NCBI GenBank assembly: GCA_027593235.1
Contig: JAQCIU010000010.1
Location: 35,498 to 99,497, forward strand
DNA length: 64,000 bases
Source: Chloroflexota bacterium
GTDB taxonomy: Bacteria > Chloroflexota > Dehalococcoidia > UBA2979
Reading direction: 5' to 3'
Shown: positions 20,336-30,315 of the stretch, one piece after another
How positions within the stretch are numbered: the first letter of the stretch is position 1
How the letters are laid out: each line of letters starts with the position of its first letter
Notes under the pieces: model-generated
The model's input: the letters and a program-made list of their open reading frames with translations, nothing else
The model's database searches: none
What the model was told of the DNA's origin: nothing
Program-made: the position numbers and the translations under genes

Positions 20336-21028
20336 CTAGGCCTCCGCCAGCACGATGTGCGCATCCGCCGCCATCGCGCCGGTGGGCGAGGCAAAGATCG
20401 GGTTGAGGTCCAGCTCCGCGATCTCCGGGTTCGCCTCAACGACCGCGGAGACCTTGAGGATCAGCGCCTCGAGCGCATCGAGGTCGGCTGGCTTCGTCCC
20501 GCGCGCGCCCTGCAGCAGCGGGAAGCCCTTGATCTCGCGGATCAGCTGGTGCGCATCGCGCGGCTCCAGCGGGACGATCCGGAACGCGACGTCCTTCATT
20601 ACCTCGACGAACACGCCGCCGAGGCCAAACATCATCACCGGACCGAACTGCGGGTCGGTCGTCGCGCCGATGATCACCTCGGTGCCGGGAGGCGCCATCG
20701 CCTGGACCGCGATGCCATCGATGGTCGCCTTCGGTGCGGCGGCCTTCACCGCGGTGTTGATCTGCTCGAAGGTCGCGCGCACACCCGCGGCGTCTTTCAC
20801 ACCGACGACGACGCCGCCGATGTCCGACTTGTGGGCGATGTCGGGCGACACCACCTTCATCACGAGCGGGAACCCGAGCGCCTCGGCAGCCGCGACGGCT
20901 TCGTCGGCGGTGGTCGCCAGGCGCGTCTCCGCCACCGACACGCCGGCCGCGCTCAACAGTTGTCCGGCCTCAACCTCGGTCAGTTGCGAGCGCCCTCGGG
21001 CACGCGCAGCCGCGATTACTTCGTTCAT
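20336..21028 (-). CDS. ADP-forming acyl-CoA synthetase, beta (ATP-grasp) subunit
   Basis: HKSDIGGV, DPQFGP, GLGGVFVE, ELDLNP. Confidence 0.92.
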   Translation of the reverse strand: MNEVIAAARARGRSQLTEVEAGQLLSAAGVSVAETRLATTADEAVAAAEALGFPLVMKVVSPDIAHKSDIGGVVVGVKDAAGVRATFEQINTAVKAAAPKATIDGIAVQAMAPPGTEVIIGATTDPQFGPVMMFGLGGVFVEVMKDVAFRIVPLEPRDAHQLIREIKGFPLLQGARGTKPADLDALEALILKVSAVVEANPEIAELDLNPIFASPTGAMAADAHIVLAEA

Positions 21029-21100
21029 CGGTGGCTCCGTTCAATCAGGTAGTCGCCGCCCGGTCGCCCCATCAGTGGACGCCGGACCCAGGGCGCCGCA

Positions 21101-21129
21101 AGCATAGGAGGGCCCCACGCGCCGGGCAA
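21101..21129 (-). promoter_or_regulatory. Sigma70-type promoter for the acyl-CoA synthetase operon
   Basis: Minus strand TTGCCC-N17-TATGCT, about 70 nt upstream of the 21028 start. Confidence 0.6.
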
Positions 21130-21359
21130 TAACAAACGCCGGTTGGCGCCATCCGCGATGGACGGCGCTCCGGCGGCACGAGCAAGTGGTGGGACCGGGG
21201 AGATCATGCCCGCCGCCACCTGAGGGCGATCGAGCAGAGCGTTCGACCGGCTTCGAATTCCACGCTTCACCCGTGCTGCGTCTAGACGTCGCGAACGGCG
21301 AATGTAGCGGAGCGATGCGTCGCCATCTGGCAACGGGCCTCGAACCGGCCGAACATGCA

Positions 21360-21396
21360 GAGACGCCCGCCTCTCGTACGAAGAGGCGGGCGTCTC
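21360..21396. terminator. Strong 15-bp hairpin, probable terminator of the adjacent ncRNA candidate
   Basis: GAGACGCCCGCCTCT-cgtacga-AGAGGCGGGCGTCTC; weak U tract. Confidence 0.6.
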
Positions 21397-21507
21397 CTGA
21401 GCCCCATTGGTGCCTGCTCGACCCGTAACCCCGCAGACCGGGTTGCGAATCGACCCCCGCCAAGGCGTAGTCAGAGGTTAGGCGCGCCACCCTCGCCCAA
21501 GCCCGAG
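21397..21507 (-). ncRNA. Structured small RNA candidate, possibly a compact 6S (SsrS)-like RNA
   Basis: Rod-like pairings GGGCUU/GGGCUC, GGUG/CACC, UAACCUC/GGGGUUA with an internal bubble and branched tip; followed by the hairpin. Confidence 0.35.
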
Positions 21508-21658
21508 TTGCGAACATGGTCGTGCACATGACACGCACATTGCCGCCCGCCGCCAGTGGATCACCGGTGGAAATCGCGAGCATCGAGGGCCAACCACCCC
21601 ACGGCCGGCCGGTACACCCGCTTGCGCTCCCCACCGGCGCGCGTGAACCATGGGAGCC

Positions 21659-22348
21659 ATGTCTCTCAGCAGCTGCTTCACCGGATTCCGTGGCGCGCGT
21701 AAGCGCACCGCGAACGAAGCCCTCGAGGAGCCCACACGCCTCGAGGCAGCATTCGATGGCCGCCCGCTGCTCGTCGTTGGCCTTGGCAATCCCGGGGGCG
21801 AGTACGGGAACACGCGCCACAACATCGGCGTCCGCGTCATCGCGCAGCTCGCGAAGCGGCACGGCGTTTCGCTCGAACGGCACGGCAAGATCGATCGCGT
21901 CGCGGTCACGGTCGATGGCCGCGAGATCACGCTCGCGCGCCCGCGTGCGTTCATGAACGTGAGCGGTCCACCGGTCGCCGCGGAGCTGCGCCGGTTGCAG
22001 CTTCAACCGGAGGCGCTGCTCGTTGTCTATGACGACCTCGATCTGCCCGTCGGCCGGTTGCGGCTGCGGCAGACCGGGAGCGCGGGCGGCAACAATGGCA
22101 TGAAGTCGCTGATCGCCTCGGTTGGAACGAAGGACTTTGGGCGCGCGCGGATCGGCATCGACCGCCCCTACGAGGACGGCAAGGGCGTCCGTGACCCCGA
22201 TCGGATCGCTGAGTGGGTGCTGTCCGCGCCCAACCCCGATGACCGCCGTCTCCTCGAGGACGCGATCACCCGCGCGGCCGACGCGATCGAACTGGCGCTC
22301 CAACGCGGCCTCGAGGTTGCCATGGGGGAGTACAACCGGATCGAGTGA
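21659..22348 (+). CDS. pth: Peptidyl-tRNA hydrolase
   Basis: VGLGNPG.EY..TRHNIG, FMNVSG, YDDLDL, SAGGNNG (N where H is usual); start uncertain. Confidence 0.93.
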   Translation: MSLSSCFTGFRGARKRTANEALEEPTRLEAAFDGRPLLVVGLGNPGGEYGNTRHNIGVRVIAQLAKRHGVSLERHGKIDRVAVTVDGREITLARPRAFMNVSGPPVAAELRRLQLQPEALLVVYDDLDLPVGRLRLRQTGSAGGNNGMKSLIASVGTKDFGRARIGIDRPYEDGKGVRDPDRIAEWVLSAPNPDDRRLLEDAITRAADAIELALQRGLEVAMGEYNRIE

Positions 22349-22368
22349 GCAGGCGCCGGGAGGCCACC

Positions 22369-23730
22369 ATGTCCGTGCTTCGAAGTTCGATCCTCCTTGG
22401 GATCCTCGCCCTCGCCGGAGCGCTCGGCACCGCCTGCGGCGGCGGATCGGCCACCGAGGCGCCCTCCGCGACGCACCTCGAAACCAACTTCGCCGTCACC
22501 CCGCAGGACGGCGTCGCGATGCTGGACGCAGATACCGTCGAGGCGCGACTCGTCTCCGCGGCTCCTGCCACGGGCGAGTATCGCTTCAAGGCTGGGACGG
22601 ATCTCGGCAGTGTCACCGTCGGACAGCCGATCGTCGTCCCCGGCGAAGGCTTCGGCATCGTCCGCGAAGTGGTGGACGACGGCGGCGATGTCGTGCTGCG
22701 CCTCGACGAGGCGACCCTCGCCGATGTGATCCAGGACGGCGAACTCTCCTGGGATTACGACGTCGCCTGGGACGACTTCGACATCACCTACGACCAGGTC
22801 GCCTCGATCCCCGGCATTACGAACGTCGTCATTCACCGCGATGTCGACGCAAGCGGCTATCAAGACATCGCCTACCAGACGCCGACCCCTCGAAAGATCG
22901 AGCTGTCGTTCGAGCACGAAGGCTGGACCTTCAAGATCGAGTTCGAGCCGAAAGACAGCAAGCTCAATTTCAAGCTCACCGCCGGTCTGAAACGCGGCGG
23001 CTCCGAGCCGGCCGCGATCAGCGGTGAGGGCTGGATCAGCGGCTTCAACTACTCCTCGATCGCACACTTCAGCGATGGCTCGCCGTCCGACCTCGATACC
23101 CAGATCAACGGGCTGCAGGGCGAACTGGAATTGAAGTGGGCGGCGTTCACGGACCCGGGCACGACGGTCGCCGAGATCGTGCGCTTCAAGGTGCCGGTCT
23201 CCGTTCCCTTCGCGCTGCCGGGACCGTTCGGGATTCCGTTCGTCCTCCAGATCAAGATGGCCGGGCGCATCGTCCCCGAACTCTCCGTGCCGTCGGCCTC
23301 CAGCGGTGGCAGTTGGAAGATCAGCTACTCCAGCGACCAGGGCTTCAACGTGGATGACGGCATCGGGAAGCCGACGGGCAGCGCCAGCTCGCAGAAGATC
23401 GACACCTCGGGGGATACCGTCAGTGCGGGACAGGGACCGGTCGGCTTCGGGCTGGGTTTCGAGTTCCCACGGTTCGAACTCGGGGTCGCGGGACTCGACC
23501 CGTTCGCGTTCATCACGCTGGACATGTACAGCACGAGTCTCTGGACGCCGGGAACGCTGCTCACCGGCGACATTCCACCGTGCCAGTACGGTTACACGAA
23601 GCATTCCGCGGTCGCCGGCTACGAGTTGAAGATCATGGGTTGGGGCGGGCTGTCCGACCAGTACACGTTGTTTGAGCAGCAAGTCGACAAGTACCTCGAC
23701 GGGAAGAAGTGCACGCTGACCGGCAGCTAG
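22369..23730 (+). CDS. Large beta-rich lipoprotein of unknown function
   Basis: GGAGG RBS; lipobox GTAC; beta-strand periodicity. Confidence 0.8.
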   Translation: MSVLRSSILLGILALAGALGTACGGGSATEAPSATHLETNFAVTPQDGVAMLDADTVEARLVSAAPATGEYRFKAGTDLGSVTVGQPIVVPGEGFGIVREVVDDGGDVVLRLDEATLADVIQDGELSWDYDVAWDDFDITYDQVASIPGITNVVIHRDVDASGYQDIAYQTPTPRKIELSFEHEGWTFKIEFEPKDSKLNFKLTAGLKRGGSEPAAISGEGWISGFNYSSIAHFSDGSPSDLDTQINGLQGELELKWAAFTDPGTTVAEIVRFKVPVSVPFALPGPFGIPFVLQIKMAGRIVPELSVPSASSGGSWKISYSSDQGFNVDDGIGKPTGSASSQKIDTSGDTVSAGQGPVGFGLGFEFPRFELGVAGLDPFAFITLDMYSTSLWTPGTLLTGDIPPCQYGYTKHSAVAGYELKIMGWGGLSDQYTLFEQQVDKYLDGKKCTLTGS

Positions 23731-23837
23731 TGGGTCGTGTCGCCGCGAAGGACTGCCGCCGGCGCAGACGGCCCAGCTTGACCCTCGATCAGCGTCGAAC
23801 ACAGCGGTCGCGATACACTCGCTGAGCACAACGTCGA

Positions 23838-23868
23838 GGGCCATTCCGCGAGGAACGGCCCCCTTTTT
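23838..23868 (+). terminator. Intrinsic terminator immediately upstream of mfd
   Basis: GGGCCATTCC-GCGA-GGAACGGCCC followed by CCTTTTT. Confidence 0.65.
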
Positions 23869-23883
23869 GCGTGGGAGACGCGC

Positions 23884-26800
23884 GTGGACCTCAGCTCGGC
23901 GCTGCCCCTGCTCCAGGCGGTCGAACCACTGACCGAGGTGTACTCGCGCCTTGATGCGGGTGAGCGCGTCACGCTCGGCATGCCGGACTCGGCCAAAGCG
24001 GTGACCGCCGCACTGCTCTGGCGGCGCCACCGCAAGCCCACGCTGTTGATCGTCGCTCGCGAGGTGGACGCCCAGTCCTACGCCGAACAGCTCTCCGCCT
24101 GGACCGGCGGTCGCGCCATGCTGTTCCCCTCCCACGGCACGATGCCGTACCAGCGCGAAGCGCCGGACGCCGGGATCACCGCGGAGCGGCTCCGTGTCCT
24201 CGCCGAGATCTCGAATCCGACCGCCGGTCCGCCGCTGGTGATCGCGTCGGTCGCCTCTGCCGTCAGTCACACGCTGGCGCCGGCGGACCTCTCTCGAGGT
24301 GCCGGAACCGTCGCCAGCGGCGAGTCGATCGGCCTCGATCAGCTCGCGCGGCGCCTCGTCGCCGCCGGCTACGACATCGGCCCGCTGGTCGAGCTTCCAG
24401 GACAGGCCGCCCGCCGCGGTGGACTCGTCGACGTCTTCCCGCCGATCCTCCGTTTCCCCGTCCGCATCGAGTTCTTCGGCGACGAGGTGGAATCGATCCG
24501 GGTGTTCGACCCGGACACCCAGCGCACCGTGGAGCACCTCGATCGCATCGCGATCGGTCCCGCGCGCGAGTGGTACGCCGAGGCGGGCGACCTCGTGCGG
24601 CTCGCGGCGCGCCTCGGTCGTGTCGACACCGACGCCGCTGAGGAGGAAGTCGCGTCGCTCCGGCGCGGGCAGCTCGCGGCTCCCGATCGCTACGGCCCGC
24701 TCGCCAGCGAGGCAACCCTGCTCGATCACCTCCAGCGCGACGCGTTGGTCCTGATCGACGAGCGCGAAACGGTCGAGGCGGCCGCCTCGGACCAGGACGA
24801 CCTCACCGAGGAACGTCGCGCGGACCTCGCGAAACAACAGGACCTCGATCCCGACGCTCCGCTGCCGCACGCCACCCGCAACGAACTGGTCGCGGCGATC
24901 GAGGGCCACCCCCGCCGCGTCGAACTCGCGCGCTGGGCAACCGGCCGCGAACCGGGCGCGTTTCGACTCCCATTCGGCACCGCCGATGCCTACGCCGGGC
25001 GGCTACCAGCGGCCGCTGGCGACCACGCACGCCAGCTCGCCCGCCGTGATCGCGTTGTCGTCGTCACCCAGCAGGCACAGCGCTACACCGAGGTCCTCGC
25101 CGAGAACGGCGTCCCCGCCGCGGTTCAGTCCGTACTACCCGAAGCCCCGGACGGTGGTTCGCTCTCGCTCCTCCAGGGCGCATTGCCCGAGGGCTGGACG
25201 ATCGCGACGCCGCGCGGGATCGTCTCCCTCACCACCGATCGTGAGCTGTTCGGTTTCGTGAAGCAGCGCCGCCAGCTCCGTAAGCGCGCCACGCACCGTT
25301 CGCAGTTCCTTGCCGAGGTTCGCCCCGGCGACTTCGTCGTCCACGCCGATCACGGCATCGCCCGGTTCGGCGGCATCGTGCGCCGCCCCGTTGGCGACGA
25401 GGATCGCGACTACCTCGAACTGCGCTACGCCGACGAGGATCGCATTTACGTTCCGGTCGAGCAGGTCGACAAAGTCTCGCGATACAGCGGACCGTCCGGC
25501 CACGCGCCCCGACTGACCCGCCTCGGCACCCAGGAATGGACGCGGGCGCGGGCGCGAGTGAAGGCCGCCGTCTCGATCGTCGCGGCCGACCTCGTGCGCC
25601 TCTACGCTGCGCGTCAGATGCTGCAGGGCCACGCCTTCGGCGAGGACACCGCGTGGCAGGGCGAGCTCGAGGCCGCCTTCCCCTACGAGGAGACCGAGGA
25701 CCAGCTCGCGGCGATCGTGGCCGTGAAGGCCGACATGCAGTCGGAGCAGCCGATGGACCGCGTCATCTGCGGCGACGTCGGCTTCGGCAAGACCGAGGTC
25801 GCGGTGCGCGCCGCCTTCAAGGCGGTCCAGGAGGGTTACCAGGTCGCCGTCCTCGTCCCCACGACCGTCCTCGCGCAGCAGCACCTCAATACCTTCCGCG
25901 AGCGGGTCGCCGGGTTCCCGGTCACCGTCGACGTGCTGTCGCGGTTCCGCACCGACAGCGAGGCTGCCGAGGTGATCGCGCGCACGGGTCGCGGCGAGAT
26001 CGACATCCTGATCGGCACGCACCGCATGCTCGATCCGAACATCCAGTTCCAGAACCTGGGTCTGGTGATCATCGACGAAGAGCAGCGCTTCGGTGTCACC
26101 CACAAGGAACGCCTCAAGCGGATGCGGCTCGAGGTGGACGTGCTCACACTGTCTGCCACACCGATCCCGCGCACGATGCACATGGCGCTCAGCGGCATCC
26201 GCGACATGTCCACGATCGACACGCCGCCCGAGACACGGCAAGCGGTTCAGACCTACGTCACCGAATGGGACGAGGCGATCGTCCGCGAGGCGATCCTCCA
26301 CGAGGTCGAACGCGGCGGGCAGGTCTACGTCGTACACAACCGGGTGCGCACCATCGATGCGTTCGCGGATCACATCCGCGAGATGGTTCCGGAGGCGCGC
26401 GTCGTCATCGGGCATGGGCAGATGCCGCCGTCGATCCTCGAGAACGTCATGAGCAAATTCGCGGATGCCGAGTTCGATGTCCTCGTCTGCACGACGATCA
26501 TCGAGTCCGGAATCGACATCGCAAACGTCAATACGATGATCGTCGATCGCGCGGACCGCCTGGGCCTCGCGCAGATGTACCAACTCCGTGGCCGCGTCGG
26601 CCGTGGTTCGAATCAGGCGTACGCCTACCTAATGCACCCGAAAGACTCGGTACTCAACGAGGTCGCCCAGCAGCGCCTCTCGACGATCTTCGAGGCCAGC
26701 GAGCTGGGCGCCGGCTTCCAGGTCGCCCTCCGCGACCTGGAGATCCGAGGTGCCGGCAACCTCCTCGGCGCCGAACAGAGCGGCAACATCGCGACCGTTG

Positions 26801-27351
26801 GCTTCGACCTCTACACGCAAATGCTGGCCGAGGCCGTCGAGGAGCTGAAGGCCTCCCACGAGAACCGCGAGCGCGCACCACTGCAGCACGAGAAGCAGCG
26901 CGACCTGCGCCAGGTGGTGATCGACCTCCCCGTCGCCTCGTTCATCCCCGAGCCCTACATCGAGGAGATCGACGGTCGGCTCGCCCTCTACCAGCGCATC
27001 TCGGCGCTCACCGACCGGGCTGCGGCGGATCTGCTGGAGCAGGAGACCGCGGATCGCTTCGGCGAGATCCCGGAGCCACTCGCCCACCTCTTCCAGCTCG
27101 TCAGGCTCCGGCTGGCCGCGGCCGCCGCCAATCTCGGCTCGATCCGCATGGACGGCGACGAGCTGGTGCTGACTGCCGCCGGCCGTCCCTTCTCCTCCCG
27201 CACGCTGCCCCGCCTGCCCTCGGGCGTGCGTCGCGGCGCGACGCAGCTCCGCCTCGAACGCCGCGCGCTCGGCCGCGAGTGGCTCGAACCCCTCGATGCG
27301 CTCGTGCGACTCCTCGGCGATGACGCCGCGCTCGCACCCACCGGCGCCTGA
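23884..27351 (+). CDS. mfd: Transcription-repair coupling factor
   Basis: VVHADHGIA (CarD-like), GDVGFGKTEVA, DEEQRFGV, SATPIPRT, QLRGRVGR, DLEIRGAGNLLG. Confidence 0.97.
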   Translation: MDLSSALPLLQAVEPLTEVYSRLDAGERVTLGMPDSAKAVTAALLWRRHRKPTLLIVAREVDAQSYAEQLSAWTGGRAMLFPSHGTMPYQREAPDAGITAERLRVLAEISNPTAGPPLVIASVASAVSHTLAPADLSRGAGTVASGESIGLDQLARRLVAAGYDIGPLVELPGQAARRGGLVDVFPPILRFPVRIEFFGDEVESIRVFDPDTQRTVEHLDRIAIGPAREWYAEAGDLVRLAARLGRVDTDAAEEEVASLRRGQLAAPDRYGPLASEATLLDHLQRDALVLIDERETVEAAASDQDDLTEERRADLAKQQDLDPDAPLPHATRNELVAAIEGHPRRVELARWATGREPGAFRLPFGTADAYAGRLPAAAGDHARQLARRDRVVVVTQQAQRYTEVLAENGVPAAVQSVLPEAPDGGSLSLLQGALPEGWTIATPRGIVSLTTDRELFGFVKQRRQLRKRATHRSQFLAEVRPGDFVVHADHGIARFGGIVRRPVGDEDRDYLELRYADEDRIYVPVEQVDKVSRYSGPSGHAPRLTRLGTQEWTRARARVKAAVSIVAADLVRLYAARQMLQGHAFGEDTAWQGELEAAFPYEETEDQLAAIVAVKADMQSEQPMDRVICGDVGFGKTEVAVRAAFKAVQEGYQVAVLVPTTVLAQQHLNTFRERVAGFPVTVDVLSRFRTDSEAAEVIARTGRGEIDILIGTHRMLDPNIQFQNLGLVIIDEEQRFGVTHKERLKRMRLEVDVLTLSATPIPRTMHMALSGIRDMSTIDTPPETRQAVQTYVTEWDEAIVREAILHEVERGGQVYVVHNRVRTIDAFADHIREMVPEARVVIGHGQMPPSILENVMSKFADAEFDVLVCTTIIESGIDIANVNTMIVDRADRLGLAQMYQLRGRVGRGSNQAYAYLMHPKDSVLNEVAQQRLSTIFEASELGAGFQVALRDLEIRGAGNLLGAEQSGNIATVGFDLYTQMLAEAVEELKASHENRERAPLQHEKQRDLRQVVIDLPVASFIPEPYIEEIDGRLALYQRISALTDRAAADLLEQETADRFGEIPEPLAHLFQLVRLRLAAAAANLGSIRMDGDELVLTAAGRPFSSRTLPRLPSGVRRGATQLRLERRALGREWLEPLDALVRLLGDDAALAPTGA

Positions 27352-27371
27352 CCGGCACCGCGAGGTCAGAC

Positions 27372-28133
27372 GTGCGTTTCCGCCCCTGCATCGATCTCCA
27401 CGACGGCGCCGTGAAGCAGATCGTTGGCGCCACGCTCACCGAGTCCGCCGATCACCTGGAGACGAACTTCGAGGCAGAACACCCGCCCGAGTGGTTCGCG
27501 GAGCGCTACCGACAGGATCGCCTCCCCGGTGGCCACGTCATCCAGCTCGGCTCCGGAAACGAGCGCGCCGCGCGCGCAGCGCTCGCCGCGTGGCCCGGCG
27601 GGATGCAGCTCGGTGGTGGGGTCACCCTCGACAACGCCGCCGACTGGCTCGAAGCCGGCGCCAGCCACGTGATCGTCACCTCGTGGGTCTTCCAGGGCGG
27701 CGTGATCCGCACGGACCGCCTCGAGGCCCTGCGCGCCGCAGTCGGTCGCGACCGTGTCGTCCTCGACCTCAGTTGCCGCAAGCGCGGCGACGAATACCTG
27801 GTGGCCACCAACCGCTGGCAACAACTCACCACCGAGGCCGTCACCCACGCCCTCCTCGTCCGCCTCGCCGAGTACTGCTCCGAGTTCCTGATCCACGCCG
27901 TCGATGTCGAGGGACTCGTCGCCGGCATCGATGCCGATCTGGTCGCGATCCTCGGAAGCTGGGATGGGCTCCCGCTCACCTACGCGGGCGGCATCCGTTC
28001 CGCGGACGACATCGCGCAAATCGAGACGCTCGGCCACGGCCGCATCGACTTCACCGTCGGGAGCGCCCTCGACATCTTCGGCGGCACCGCCCTCCGCTAC
28101 GCCGACCTCGCCTCCCGCTACCGCGCGGACTAG
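27372..28133 (+). CDS. hisA: ProFAR isomerase, His6/eukaryotic-type HisA
   Basis: FRPCIDLHDGAVKQIVG, GGHVIQLG, DLSCR, HAVDVEG, TVGSALDIFGG. Confidence 0.9.
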   Translation: MRFRPCIDLHDGAVKQIVGATLTESADHLETNFEAEHPPEWFAERYRQDRLPGGHVIQLGSGNERAARAALAAWPGGMQLGGGVTLDNAADWLEAGASHVIVTSWVFQGGVIRTDRLEALRAAVGRDRVVLDLSCRKRGDEYLVATNRWQQLTTEAVTHALLVRLAEYCSEFLIHAVDVEGLVAGIDADLVAILGSWDGLPLTYAGGIRSADDIAQIETLGHGRIDFTVGSALDIFGGTALRYADLASRYRAD

Positions 28134-28224
28134 GAGGCGACGTCGGGTTCAACGAGACCTCACCTAATCCGCGGAACCGCGCGACCCTCTCTGGCGTCTT
28201 ACCGTCGACACCTCGGAGCCCCCC

Positions 28225-29671
28225 ATGCACCGCCCCCTCTTCGTCATCCTCGCCTGTGCGACCCTCCTCCTCGCCGCCTGCAGTGCCGAGGAACACCCAA
28301 CCTCGACGCCCACACAGACCACGGGACAGACCGCCACGCCGGCTGTCTCACCCAGCCCCGAGCCGACGACCCGCGCTCCGTTCGTCCTCCAAACGCCGGC
28401 GCCCACCCCAGAACTCCTCCACCTGTACGCCACGGTCTGGCTGGTCGACATCCGCGACGGGACACAGACGACGCTCACGGGATTCCTCGGTACCGCCCCG
28501 TATCTGGCCGAGTTCACACGCGACGGTGGGATCCGGATCGAATACAGCGCCCAGGGCGAAATCCGCGAGATCACCTTCGACTCAGATGGCAACCAACTGG
28601 GCGAATCGCCGGTACAACCTCGATGCGTCAACGCCGACGCAGGCACCCGCGTCGACGGTCGCCTCTACACCGACACGTCCTGCGGAGCGATCTCTCCAAA
28701 CGGCGGCTTCATGACCTACGCGATCGACGCCGGCGAGGTCGAGGTTAATGGGCGTTACTCCGTCCCAACCTGGGACCAGTGGGTCGTCGACCTCGACACC
28801 GGCGACCGTCGACTCCTCAAGGAAGGCATGCGCCACTGCGGTGGATGTGACTTCCGTTTCGGGCCAATCTGGCCGGCGAGCGGTCGCTATGTCGTCGTCC
28901 CTGAGTTGCTGGATGGGGGCGAGGTCTTCCTCTTCGACCTGTCCACCGATGGCAGTCGCAACCTTGCCGTGGACGATCGCTCCACGCAGCTCTCTTCGGC
29001 TCTCACCTGGTCGCCCCGCGGCGACCGCCTACTCCGCCCCGGCCCCGACGGATCGACCATCCTCGAGGACTTCGACGCCGGCACATCGCGCCAGCTCGCC
29101 GACCTGCCCTGGCCGGCCGCCTTCGACCCGACTGGCACTTACGCGTATTCCCCCGGCATGGGCAGTGAGTACGGAGCCCGGCCCCCACCAGCGAACAACG
29201 ATCGTCGACGCCGCGACCGGAGCGACCGTCGGGAAGCGCCCCGGAACGCCATCCCCTCACCGCCTCTGGGATCAGACCGGCGATCCGATCGTCGCAGCCG
29301 ACGGCGACTTCGTCGCCGCGCTCTCCAACTCCGGCGACTGCGATGGCGTACTCGTCTACAACCCGGGCCACCCAGGTGCGGCCTGCCTCGAGGGCGCCGT
29401 CGCCCCCGTCTTCTCCCCGGACAACTCCCTCGTCGCCTTCACGCGCGAGACCGGTCGCACAGGTCCAACCAGTGGCCCCCACCTGGAGAGCTACGACGGC
29501 CTTCCGATCTGGGAAGTCGCCATCTTCGACCGCACCGACAGTGACATCACCGTCGTCGCGGATGTCACCGTGGTCGCCGAAGCTGCCGTCGGCTACTACT
29601 TCCCTGACCTGACCTGGAACGAGGACGGATCGAAGCTCCTCATCCGCTGGCCCAACGTGTTCGGGTTATAG
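28225..29671 (+). pseudogene. Beta-propeller (TolB/WD40-like) lipoprotein with one frameshift
   Basis: Lipobox LAAC; ISPNG, WSPRG, FSPDN, WNEDG repeats split over two frames; removing one C from the C5 run at 29150-29154 joins them. Confidence 0.7.
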
Positions 29672-29742
29672 CGGCGGTCCGGAGACTCACCGATCCGGAT
29701 GCCACCCATCCGGCGCGCCGCCTCATCAGCGGTGAGTCGGTC

Positions 29743-30303
29743 TTAGCGCATGCCTGCGAAATCGACATCCGCGGTCGCGACGGTCCCCGCGGTCCGACCA
29801 GGTGCCCGGTGGTACGTCCAGTAGAGGTTCGTGTGCGCGATCACCTGCTCCGGCGGCGGCGCGCCCCACGCGCTCTGGTCCCCCGTCGTGTGCGCGTCGC
29901 TCACGAGGATGGCGTCGTAACCCCGGACGACAGCGCCGTGGAGTGTCGATCGGATGCACTCATCCGTCTGCGCCCCGGCGACGACGAGCCGTCCGACCTC
30001 CAGACCGGCCAGCACCGTCTCGAGAGTGGTCTCCTCGAACGCGTCGCCGTAGTGCTTCTCGACGAGCGGCTCGTCCTCGAGCGGCTTCAATTCGGCGACG
30101 ATTCGCCAACCGTCACTCCCACGCTCGATCTGCTCATCGGAGTGCTGGACCCAGATCACGGGGATCCCGCCGCGCCGCGCCTTCTCGACCAGTCGGCCGA
30201 CGTTGGCGACCACTCCGTCTCGCTCGTGGGCCTCCGCGACAACGACGTTCTGCGCGTCGACAACCAGGAGCGCTGTGTTCGGACGGTTCTCAAGAGTCGT
30301 CAT
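29743..30303 (-). CDS. Isochorismatase/cysteine hydrolase family protein
   Basis: ALLVVDAQ, EKHYGDAF, GAQTDECI, DAHTT. Confidence 0.9.
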   Translation of the reverse strand: MTTLENRPNTALLVVDAQNVVVAEAHERDGVVANVGRLVEKARRGGIPVIWVQHSDEQIERGSDGWRIVAELKPLEDEPLVEKHYGDAFEETTLETVLAGLEVGRLVVAGAQTDECIRSTLHGAVVRGYDAILVSDAHTTGDQSAWGAPPPEQVIAHTNLYWTYHRAPGRTAGTVATADVDFAGMR

Positions 30304-30315
30304 CGTTGCTCCTCG

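Noticed and set aside
21180-21225. GGTGGGACCGGGGAG resembling a ZTP riboswitch core
   Set aside because: It lacks the GACUGGCG and CGCCUGGGC pseudoknot elements, and no purine or folate gene is downstream.
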